From the NCBI RefSeq assembly GCF_023169545.1, contig NZ_AP019769.1, positions 540,001-572,000 on the forward strand: a stretch of 32,000 nt of DNA, given 5' to 3'. The DNA is from Nanobdella aerobiophila (GTDB lineage: Archaea; Nanobdellota; Nanobdellia; Nanobdellales; Nanobdellaceae). A program made the translations under genes and the position numbers. This document shows, one piece after another, positions 24,855 through 32,000 of the stretch. The stretch's first letter is position 1. The number at the start of each line of letters is the position of its first letter. A model generated the notes under the pieces. It did no database searches and was not told the origin of the DNA. It saw nothing but the letters and a program-made list of their open reading frames with translations.

Positions 24855-25256
24855 TTATACTATTATACTTGCTATTTTTCCAATTTCTGCCCACCTTTCT
24901 GTGACCTCTTTTGCTATAGGTCCTCTAATTATCGTACCAGCAGGTGTACCAATATCATCTTTCACAATAACACATGCATTATCTTCAAATTTTACTCTAA
25001 TTCCCTCTCTCCTTAAATATTCTTTTCTTTGCCTAACTATTACAGCTTTTGAAACCTTACCAACCAATGATAAATCTCCATCTATAACAGAAACAGCAAC
25101 AAGATCTCCAATACCTGCTTTTGCATATCTCCTTTTTACACCTTTATAATTATAAACTGCTACTACCTTAGCAAATTTTGCCTTTGAATTATCAGCTACT
25201 TTTAATATAGTACCAATTGTAATACCTTTACTAACCTTAGCACTTATGGACTTCAT
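24855..25256 (-). CDS. rpl14: 50S ribosomal protein L14 (uL14)
   Basis: 133 aa. VADNSKAK...KAGIGDLVAVSV...AVIVRQRKE...FEDNACVIV pattern. Confidence 0.92.
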   Translation of the reverse strand: MKSISAKVSKGITIGTILKVADNSKAKFAKVVAVYNYKGVKRRYAKAGIGDLVAVSVIDGDLSLVGKVSKAVIVRQRKEYLRREGIRVKFEDNACVIVKDDIGTPAGTIIRGPIAKEVTERWAEIGKIASIIV

Positions 25257-25588
25257 TTTTTATTAATAACAACAAATCTTATAGTTTTTGATAATGGCCT
25301 TGTCTCTCCAATCAATACATTATCTCCAATTTTTATATTTAAACATCCGGGGATATGTGCCTTTATTCTAGATATTCTAATTTCATATCTCTCATATTTT
25401 GGCACATAATAATATCTTTTAAACTCTACTAAGGCTATATTATGATTTATCCTCTTAACTTCTCCTTCGAAAGTAAAACCTCTTATTCTAACATTCCCAT
25501 GCCATGGACATTTCTCATCATTACATATATTTTCTGGTCTTTGTATACCTTCTATACCAATATTTTTAACATAAGTAGTACTGTCCAT
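25253..25588 (-). CDS. rps17: 30S ribosomal protein S17 (uS17)
   Basis: Start trimmed to MDSTTYVKNIGIEG (ATG at 25588). CPWHGNVRIRGFTFEGEV...IGDNVLIGETRPLSKT pattern. The 37-codon upstream extension is hydrophobic junk that overlaps the divergent gene. Confidence 0.85.
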   Translation of the reverse strand: MDSTTYVKNIGIEGIQRPENICNDEKCPWHGNVRIRGFTFEGEVKRINHNIALVEFKRYYYVPKYERYEIRISRIKAHIPGCLNIKIGDNVLIGETRPLSKTIRFVVINKK

Positions 25589-25657
25589 TTTATGATATAA
25601 ATTATAAATAAGTTTAAAAATAATGATAATGTGATGAAGGATCAACGATCTGATAAA

Positions 25658-26188
25658 ATGATGATTGATGGGCTGGCTGAAATATATACTCTTGGCCATT
25701 CTAATAGAAATATTAAAGATTTTATAGGAATATTAAAAGAAAATAACATGAATATTTTAGTAGATGTAAGATCCCTTCCAGGATCTAAAAAATATCCAGA
25801 GTATAATAAAGAGAATTTAGAAAAAACATTAAAAGATCATGGAATAGAATATATACATATAAAAGAACTCGGAGGATTTAGAAAACCAAATAAAAATTCT
25901 AAGAATAGTTTTTGGATTAATCCAAGTTTTAGAGGATTTGCTGATTATATGCAATCTGACGAATTTAAAGAAGGGATAAAAAAGTTAATAGATCTAGCTA
26001 AAAATAAGAGGGTTGCAATAATGTGCTCTGAATGGAACCCATATAGATGTCATAGAAGATTAATTTCTGATTATTTATCAATAATATATGATATAAGAGT
26101 TATACATATAATAAATATAAATAAAATAGAAGAACATAAAGTTACAAAATCTGCAAAAATAATTGATGGGAATATTATTTATGAATAA
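25658..26188 (+). CDS. DUF488-family protein
   Basis: IYTLGHSNRNIKDFIGILKENNMNILVDVRSLPGSKKYPEYNKENL...IEYIHIKELGG and a C-terminal CSEWNPYRCHRRLI match the DUF488 pattern. The start is probably the internal MM at 25658, not 25631. Confidence 0.7.
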   Translation: MMIDGLAEIYTLGHSNRNIKDFIGILKENNMNILVDVRSLPGSKKYPEYNKENLEKTLKDHGIEYIHIKELGGFRKPNKNSKNSFWINPSFRGFADYMQSDEFKEGIKKLIDLAKNKRVAIMCSEWNPYRCHRRLISDYLSIIYDIRVIHIININKIEEHKVTKSAKIIDGNIIYE

Positions 26189-27110
26189 TTGATATTAATA
26201 ACTTTTCTGCCTCCTCTAGATAATTGTTATTGATTTTATCTATAGTATCCGCCTCAGAATGATAAGATTTTATCCAGGTATTTATATCCGATTCTGTAAT
26301 CTGTATTGATTTATCATAAAAATCAGTATTCATTATAGGAAATGCTTCTTTAATAAATTCTTTAGTCATTATTGGTTTTGTAGAACCAAACATATCTACT
26401 ACTATAATTTTTTTTGATGAATGCATTAATTTCTTATACTCATATTCAAATAATCTATAACCATAGCCCCAGTAATAAGGTTTATCATAAGATAACTCTT
26501 CAGATCCTGAAAACACAATTAATGATTCTTTTAAATTTATTAAATTATCCAAAATGTTATATAATAATAAGGCAGTACCAGATGAATTGTCTACTGCTCC
26601 ATTAAATATAGTATCAAAATGAGAGAACAAGATATATTTTGGATTATTTATATTCCCAACTAAGATATTCTCTGTTTTAATCAATTTTTTATCAATATTA
26701 ACATAGACTTCTATATTTTCTGAACTAATAACCTTATCTAAATCTTCTTTTTTTATATTTATTACAGGAAAATCATAATATATTACACCTGAATAAGCAT
26801 TATAATACTGATTAAAATTTATATGAGGTATTTTTATGTCTTGATATATATTTTGACTTGAATATATATTTTTATCTTCAAAAGAACCAGAATAAAATGA
26901 ATTTGCTTTTCCAATTATTTTTTCACCTGTCTCTAATTTTATATATGAACCTTTATCTATAGGAATTTCTACATAAAAATATTGATCATTAAAATCTATT
27001 CCATTACCTGTTAATTTTTCCTTTATATAATTTGCAACTTTATCTAAGTTTATTTCATTATTTCTGGGAGAAAAATTTTCTATATCATTTATTATATCTT
27101 TTATGATCAT
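26175..27110 (-). CDS. M28-family metallopeptidase-like protein
   Basis: 311 aa. LFSHFDT...GAVDNSSGTALLL, FSGSEELS and SYHSEADTIDKI correspond to the His/Asp, Glu-Glu and His metal-ligand motifs of M28 aminopeptidases. Confidence 0.6.
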   Translation of the reverse strand: MIIKDIINDIENFSPRNNEINLDKVANYIKEKLTGNGIDFNDQYFYVEIPIDKGSYIKLETGEKIIGKANSFYSGSFEDKNIYSSQNIYQDIKIPHINFNQYYNAYSGVIYYDFPVINIKKEDLDKVISSENIEVYVNIDKKLIKTENILVGNINNPKYILFSHFDTIFNGAVDNSSGTALLLYNILDNLINLKESLIVFSGSEELSYDKPYYWGYGYRLFEYEYKKLMHSSKKIIVVDMFGSTKPIMTKEFIKEAFPIMNTDFYDKSIQITESDINTWIKSYHSEADTIDKINNNYLEEAEKLLISIIHK

Positions 27111-27132
27111 AGAAAAAAATTATTGTATAATT

Positions 27133-27957
27133 TTATAGCCTTATCTTATCTAAAAGTATTTTATATGCCTTTTCTAATGAATTCTTTGACAAAAAGATAA
27201 TATGATTCTCTTCTTTACCCGTTAATTCACTAGATAAATATTTATCTAAATCCAAAGGTAATATTTTTATAGTCTTACCAGTTTTTTCCTTAGCTTCTTT
27301 ATAAAATTCATATATTTTATCTCCAATATGATTAGAAGGATCTTCTTCCATTAAAATTCTATCATATAAATATAATGTTATATAACTGTTTTTTGATCCA
27401 TAAATATTATCTATATTATTATATATTTGACTGGCATCATATAAATTTATCTTTATACTACCTAATTCTAATAATCTACCCGGTATATTATATGAAATCT
27501 TCCCAATTTTAGTATCAAGATCTATATTTATATCTTTTTTATATTCTTTTAATTCACCAATTCCCAAATTTTCTCCTATATATCTTATATATTCTCTCCA
27601 CCAGTCTGTATAGAAATCTATTAATTTTATTTCTCCTTCAACTTTTGGTATATATGGAAATTCTTCAATGCTTATTTTTCTTAATAGATCATCCAATCTA
27701 TCAGGATTTATGTATATATCTTCTATTTTATAATTTCCACTCTTTAATTCTCTAGAAGAAAGATTTGTTACATTAATCTCTGGATTTATAATTTCCTCAC
27801 CTATAAATCTTGGTTTTGCATATATTCCTTTTTCAGGATTTTTTAATGAAAACTGATCGTTACCCCATTGCAATATATGTATATCTCCTCCCAAATCCCT
27901 TAGATATAAAATAAATTCCAATGTTTCTAGATGAAATGGTACTACTTGCCTTCCCAT
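27133..27957 (-). CDS. Hypothetical protein
   Basis: 274-aa uninterrupted ORF in AT-rich DNA. No recognisable motif. Confidence 0.45.
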   Translation of the reverse strand: MGRQVVPFHLETLEFILYLRDLGGDIHILQWGNDQFSLKNPEKGIYAKPRFIGEEIINPEINVTNLSSRELKSGNYKIEDIYINPDRLDDLLRKISIEEFPYIPKVEGEIKLIDFYTDWWREYIRYIGENLGIGELKEYKKDINIDLDTKIGKISYNIPGRLLELGSIKINLYDASQIYNNIDNIYGSKNSYITLYLYDRILMEEDPSNHIGDKIYEFYKEAKEKTGKTIKILPLDLDKYLSSELTGKEENHIIFLSKNSLEKAYKILLDKIRL

Positions 27958-28100
27958 AATAAATTTTCTCTCTTCATTTTCTATATCCTCTTTTCCTAAA
28001 ATTTTATATTCAGATAAGATTCGGTTGTTGGTCCATAATTAAGAATCTTTTATAGTTATATTTATAAATATTTTTCGTTCCTTAAAGGTAACTAAATAGA

Positions 28101-28213
28101 GTGGGCAGCTTCTATGCTTTCCCAGCTATCGCCAGTACTCGCATAGACGTAGGCCGGCTTGACTTCCGTATTCGAAATGGGTACGGGTTTTTCCCGGCCA
28201 CTTTGGCCGCCCT
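28101..28213 (-). rRNA. rrf: 5S ribosomal RNA
   Basis: GC-rich island. The minus strand reads (A)GGGCGGCCAAAGUGGCCGGGAAAAACCCGUACCCAUUUCGAAUACGGAAGUCAAGCCGGCC...GUACUGGCGAUAGCUGGGAAAGCAUAGAAGCUGCCCAC. It has the conserved CCCAUUUCGAA-ACGGAAGU-AAGCC loop C/helix III region, and the termini pair (GGGCGGC/GCUGCCC). Ends are accurate to about 3 nt. Confidence 0.9.
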
Positions 28214-28227
28214 ATATTTTGTAATTA

Positions 28228-28548
28228 TCATATATTTTTTAAGTTTTTTCTTATAATAAATCTCTTTACCTTACCACAGTATAAACAACTATATATAATT
28301 CTACCCTTCCTTATTCTTATTCTTAATGTTTTACCTATTATCCAAGGTGTATAACATCTTTTACAAAACTTATTTCTTATATCATCTGGCAACCTAATCC
28401 TTGCCTTATTTTTAATTTTCCATAATATAAAGATATATCTTCTAGAAAGATCAATATTATCTATATTTTCTATGGATAACTTATATAGATATCTTATCCT
28501 ATCTATTGCAATATTATCGTAAATATATTTTGATTTCTTTTGTTTCAT
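28228..28548 (-). CDS. rnp4: RNase P protein component 4 (Rpp21/Rpr2 family)
   Basis: 106 aa. IDRIRYLYKLSIEN...SRRYIFILWKI..K.RIRLPDDIRNKFCKRCYTPWIIGKTLRIRIRKGRIIYSCLYCGKVKRF matches the Rpr2 helical N-terminus plus CxxC...CxxC zinc ribbon. Confidence 0.75.
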   Translation of the reverse strand: MKQKKSKYIYDNIAIDRIRYLYKLSIENIDNIDLSRRYIFILWKIKNKARIRLPDDIRNKFCKRCYTPWIIGKTLRIRIRKGRIIYSCLYCGKVKRFIIRKNLKNI

Positions 28549-28867
28549 TTTTATCTAGATTTTTAACATATAATAATATATATTCATCTTCTCTATACTC
28601 TAGATTTGGTATTAAAAGCTCTATATTTTCTTTTCTATATTTATCTATATTAATAATTGCCGGACTTATGAAATTATAATATAATCTAAATCTTAGGGCC
28701 ATATATTGATCTTTTAGATTTATGGTTTTTGTACCAATTTCAAATTTTCTAATAAATGGAGAATGATTCTTTATAATTATAATAACTTTTTTACTATATT
28801 TTAGATTATCTACATCTTTATTTATATTTACGGATACATCCCACCTATCTTCTAATTCTTCACTCAT
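28514..28867 (-). CDS. Hypothetical protein
   Basis: 117 aa. 4-nt overlap with pth2 upstream and 35-nt overlap with rnp4 downstream. No motif recognised. Confidence 0.4.
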   Translation of the reverse strand: MSEELEDRWDVSVNINKDVDNLKYSKKVIIIIKNHSPFIRKFEIGTKTINLKDQYMALRFRLYYNFISPAIINIDKYRKENIELLIPNLEYREDEYILLYVKNLDKNETKEIKIYLR

Positions 28868-29217
28868 AATAACTTTAATGTACCTGTAATCTTATCAATC
28901 TTTTCCTCTAGATCTGGGCCTATACCAATACAGGTAATTGTACCTGGCTCTATTTGGGTTAATCCCGCGTCCTGTATCATAACTGTATTAATATTACATT
29001 CTTTAGCTTTTTTATATACTTCTAGCAACTCATTTAAATCTTTTACATATAAAACTACTTTCTTAGCCCCCTCTGATCTCCAAAGATCTACTACTTCCCT
29101 ATCAATAATAAATTTTTCTAATGTGGCTTCTACTGCTGCATGAGCTACCTGAGTACATAATTTACCTTTACCTATATCTAAATCCTTTCTCACAACTATC
29201 ACTAATTTATAATCCAT
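28864..29217 (-). CDS. pth2: Peptidyl-tRNA hydrolase, archaeal type (Pth2)
   Basis: 117 aa. KLVIVVRKDLDIGKGKLCTQVAHAAV...KVVLYV...IQDAGLTQIEPGTITCIGIGP...TGTLKLL is the canonical Pth2 pattern. Confidence 0.88.
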   Translation of the reverse strand: MDYKLVIVVRKDLDIGKGKLCTQVAHAAVEATLEKFIIDREVVDLWRSEGAKKVVLYVKDLNELLEVYKKAKECNINTVMIQDAGLTQIEPGTITCIGIGPDLEEKIDKITGTLKLL

Positions 29218-29569
29218 CTAACATCTTTAATTTTTCTAATAATAATTTATACTTATAATTATCTATTTTTTGATCTATTATATCTTCCGTTATCTTTCTA
29301 TTTATTTCGTCTATTTTCTTATTTATTTCATCTAGCACAGAATAGATATTTTTGATATTATTATCAAGATTATTATACTTATTTTCAATATCTGTCAACC
29401 TATCTTGCATTTTTTTATTTTCTTCCTTCATATTTGTTAATTCTAACTTTAGATTATCTGTTTCTTTTTTTATTTCATCTATATATAATTTGAATCCTTC
29501 AATTAATTTATAATATTCATCATAATTTAATAATTGATTAATTATTTTTGAATAATCCAAATCATCCAT
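29207..29569 (-). CDS. Coiled-coil protein, unknown function
   Basis: 120 aa. Heptad-like, Lys/Glu/Asn-rich sequence (LKLELTNMKEENKKMQDRLTDIENKYNNLDNNIKN...). First gene of the pth2-rnp4 co-oriented string. Confidence 0.45.
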   Translation of the reverse strand: MDDLDYSKIINQLLNYDEYYKLIEGFKLYIDEIKKETDNLKLELTNMKEENKKMQDRLTDIENKYNNLDNNIKNIYSVLDEINKKIDEINRKITEDIIDQKIDNYKYKLLLEKLKMLDGL

Positions 29570-29603
29570 AAGTCTTATTTACTTTTTATAATTAATAAAA
29601 ATT

Positions 29604-30122
29604 ATGATTATCCGTCTTCATCAAACCTTAAGTACACTAATATCATATATCATATTTTATTATATATTGTCAATTAATTATATATCATCTATAATATTTT
29701 CGATTTTCGTAGGGATAATATGTATAATACCGGACCTTGATTACAAATTGTCTATCTGGGCCAATAAACAATATATAACCCTCAGGAAAAGCATCATTAA
29801 ATATATATTATTTCCTTACTATATATTCATTTTATTTATAATCAAAATATTTAAACATAGAGGGATAACGCATTCTATATTTCCGGTTATATTATTTTAT
29901 TTAATTGGAAATTATATACATATATTTTATTTATTTTCTTTGGCATTTCTATTACATATAATAGAAGATTCATTAACAGTATCTGGTACACAACCATTTT
30001 ATCCTATTTTAAAATATAAATTTGTAATACCAATATTAAATAATAAAAAAAATAGAAAATTACAGATATATTTATCCTATATATCTATTTTTATTTATTT
30101 ATACTTGATTATATTTTTATGA
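29604..30122 (+). CDS. Membrane-bound metal-dependent hydrolase, YdjM/DUF457-like
   Basis: 172 aa and polytopic. IIPDLDYK, HRGITHS and LHIIEDSLTVSGTQPFYPI match the DUF457 motif set. Confidence 0.6.
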   Translation: MIIRLHQTLSTLISYIIFYYILSINYISSIIFSIFVGIICIIPDLDYKLSIWANKQYITLRKSIIKYILFPYYIFILFIIKIFKHRGITHSIFPVILFYLIGNYIHIFYLFSLAFLLHIIEDSLTVSGTQPFYPILKYKFVIPILNNKKNRKLQIYLSYISIFIYLYLIIFL

Positions 30123-30643
30123 GGATATTTATAGCTATAGATTTACCAGAAGATATTAAAAAAGATATATATAATATATCAAAAAATATTAGAGGTATAA
30201 GTGGAAAAATAGTAGAAGAAGAAAATATCCATATAACATTAAAATTTTTAGGACAAATAAATCAAGAAACATTAAATAAAATAAATAAAAAATTATCAAG
30301 TATTAATTATAATAAATTTTATATTAATATTGGAGACTTCGGATATTTCAATAATAGAGTCTTATGGATAAAGATCCTAAATAAAGAAAATATAATTAAT
30401 TTACATAATATTATAGATAATAAATTGTATGAATTGAATATACAGAAAGATATTGATTATGAACCTCATATAACAATATATAGAATCAAAAATATAAAAA
30501 ATGATAACTATTTAAAAGAATACCTAAATGAAAATAAAAAAATATATAGTAATATATTGATTGATAAGTTTTATATTAAAGAGAGCATATTGATGACACA
30601 TGGTCCAGTATACAGAAATTTATATGAATATAAACTATTATAA
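30119..30643 (+). CDS. thpR: RNA 2',3'-cyclic phosphodiesterase (2H family, LigT/ThpR)
   Basis: 174 aa. MRIFIAIDLPEDIK start and two HxTx motifs (HITLKFLG, PHITIYR). Confidence 0.8.
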   Translation: MRIFIAIDLPEDIKKDIYNISKNIRGISGKIVEEENIHITLKFLGQINQETLNKINKKLSSINYNKFYINIGDFGYFNNRVLWIKILNKENIINLHNIIDNKLYELNIQKDIDYEPHITIYRIKNIKNDNYLKEYLNENKKIYSNILIDKFYIKESILMTHGPVYRNLYEYKLL

Positions 30644-30668
30644 AACTTACTATTATAATTAAGTTATT

Positions 30669-30866
30669 ATGGCTAATGAATTATTACCTGAGATAAAAAA
30701 TAGAAAATTTGACAGGATATTTATATGTAGAAGATGTGGGTCCAGGATAAGAGCGGACCCTGAAAAAGTAAGATCTGGACTGATAAAATGTAGAAAATGT
30801 AAATCAAAATCGCTAAGATTAAAGAAATCAGAGATAATATTAGTAGCTGCAAAGACTGCTAAATGA
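30669..30866 (+). CDS. rpl40e: 50S ribosomal protein L40e (eL40)
   Basis: 65 aa. ICRRCGSR...CRKCKSKSLRLKK zinc-ribbon pattern of eL40. Confidence 0.7.
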   Translation: MANELLPEIKNRKFDRIFICRRCGSRIRADPEKVRSGLIKCRKCKSKSLRLKKSEIILVAAKTAK

Positions 30867-31966
30867 ATTATCAGTTATCTTTATCAGGCTCTACAGAACT
30901 AGATATATTAATATTATTTTTTGTTGTAAATATTATTTTTATAGTACTAAAAATTTTGTTTAGAAAGAATGTAGATTATAAATTTATATACGGAATGGTA
31001 AAAACTGAAAAATATACATATATAATGGAAAGCTTATCAAAAGGATTATATGCTAAAATATTGTCTATATCATCTTTAATAATTTCCCCTATATTAATCT
31101 TCTCTTCTTTAATATTCTTAATATTTGGCTTAGTAACTAGAACACCGACTTATGCTCCTGTAATACCAGGTGCTTCATATGGACCAATCACATTACCATT
31201 AGCACAAACGATAATATCAATATTTATTGCAGCTTTTATACATGAACTTTCTCATGGAGTCTTATCATTTAGAAATAAAATAAAAATAAAGGATTGGGGC
31301 TTTTTCTATTTAGGACCTTTATTAGGCGCATTTGTTGATCCGAATGAAGAAGAAATAAATAAGACTAGTAAAAAAGAGCAATTAAAAATATATGGTGCTG
31401 GTGCTACAATAAATATAATAGCAGGCTTCATATTTTTGTTTATTTTATTAATATTTAATCAGTTGACTACTACTTTTAATCTTGCAAAACCCTATGTTAG
31501 TATAGTAAGTACAATTCCAGGTACTTATGCTTATGGTGTAATACCAAACGATAGTATACTATATTCCATAAATAATTATAATATATCATATTTAAACCAG
31601 ATTCAGGAAGTATTGAATAAATATTCTCCAGGTCAAAATGTTACAATATATACAAATAAAGGTACATATGATATAGAACTTGTAGATAAGTATAATGAAA
31701 CATTTCTAGGGGTATATGTAGAACAAGAATATAATTATGCATCTAATATTATACCATTTACAGGATCTTTATTATTATGGTTATTTATAATAAATCTAGG
31801 TCTCGGTATAGGAAATATGATACCAATATACCCCTTGGACGGTGGTAGAGCGCTTAAAGCTTTATTAGAAGCGAAATTTGAGGAGAAAAAAGCCAAAAAA
31901 ATAATGAATATAATATCAATTATTATAGTTATATTAATACTATATAATATTAGTTTTCTGTTCTAG
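30863..31966 (+). CDS. Site-2 protease family (M50) intramembrane metalloprotease with PDZ-like insert
   Basis: 367 aa and polytopic. HELSHGV (HExxH) and GNMIPIYPLDGGRAL (NxxPxxxLDG) motifs, with a soluble insert between them. Confidence 0.8.
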   Translation: MNYQLSLSGSTELDILILFFVVNIIFIVLKILFRKNVDYKFIYGMVKTEKYTYIMESLSKGLYAKILSISSLIISPILIFSSLIFLIFGLVTRTPTYAPVIPGASYGPITLPLAQTIISIFIAAFIHELSHGVLSFRNKIKIKDWGFFYLGPLLGAFVDPNEEEINKTSKKEQLKIYGAGATINIIAGFIFLFILLIFNQLTTTFNLAKPYVSIVSTIPGTYAYGVIPNDSILYSINNYNISYLNQIQEVLNKYSPGQNVTIYTNKGTYDIELVDKYNETFLGVYVEQEYNYASNIIPFTGSLLLWLFIINLGLGIGNMIPIYPLDGGRALKALLEAKFEEKKAKKIMNIISIIIVILILYNISFLF

Positions 31967-32000
31967 AAGATTTTCTTATAAATATTTTATCTGTCAATAA

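Noticed and set aside
25589-25699. 37-codon N-terminal extension of S17 (MAKSIYFSQPINHHFIRS...)
   Set aside because: It is not part of the uS17 fold pattern and would overlap the divergent DUF488 gene start. The canonical S17 N-terminus begins at MDSTTYVKN.
20075-26605. Antisense ORFs 20075..20509(-), 22502..22687(+), 23581..23790(+), 24901..25149(+) and 26414..26605(+)
   Set aside because: All are nested opposite confidently assigned genes (primase, L6, S4e, L14, the M28-like peptidase) and have mirror-frame composition.
1-32000. CRISPR arrays, IS elements, and toxin-antitoxin or known defence-system genes
   Set aside because: No regularly spaced direct repeats, transposase or integrase motifs, or recognisable defence domains were seen on either strand. 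The Toprim protein looks like the small housekeeping COG1658 type rather than an OLD/Gabija-type nuclease, because it has no ATPase partner.

Overview
This is a very AT-rich, tightly packed archaeal chromosome segment. Many neighbouring genes overlap by 1-41 nt, often through ATGA start/stop overlaps. Most of it encodes core information-processing functions: ATP-dependent DNA ligase, FtsZ and SepF, GatD, deoxyhypusine synthase, GluRS, Rpo7/Spt4/RpoP, a single-chain PriS-PriL-like primase, an incomplete S17-L14-L24-S4e-L5-L6-L32e ribosomal block, S19e, L37Ae, L40e, Pth2, an RNase P Rpp21-like subunit, ThpR/LigT and an M50 site-2 protease. The GC-rich islands that stand out are two tRNAs (Ala-GGC, Gly-UCC) and an orphan 5S rRNA. 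The fused primase, scrambled ribosomal operon, unlinked 5S, GC-rich RNAs in AT-rich DNA and FtsZ+SepF together suggest a reduced, probably thermophilic DPANN/Nanoarchaeota-like genome; this is inference, with no search run. The strongest candidate for something undescribed is 9778-14360. A HerA/FtsK-clade P-loop ATPase there is translationally coupled to a ~690-aa Asn/Tyr/Ile-rich protein with an N-terminal anchor and about 25 N-x-S/T sequons. Two small Cys- and sequon-rich proteins with pilin-like N-termini follow it, a third converges on them while being coupled to rps19e, and a fourth lies at 3743-4039. I read this as a candidate ATPase-driven surface, filament or host-contact module; a relic of an integrated element next to the tRNAs is the alternative. 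Smaller oddities are an isochorismatase-like protein lacking the catalytic Cys, a tandem pair of unknown paralogues, a weak C/D-box sRNA candidate, equally spaced ATATATAAA boxes before both tRNAs, and a 5S gene 14 nt downstream of the Rpp21-like gene.
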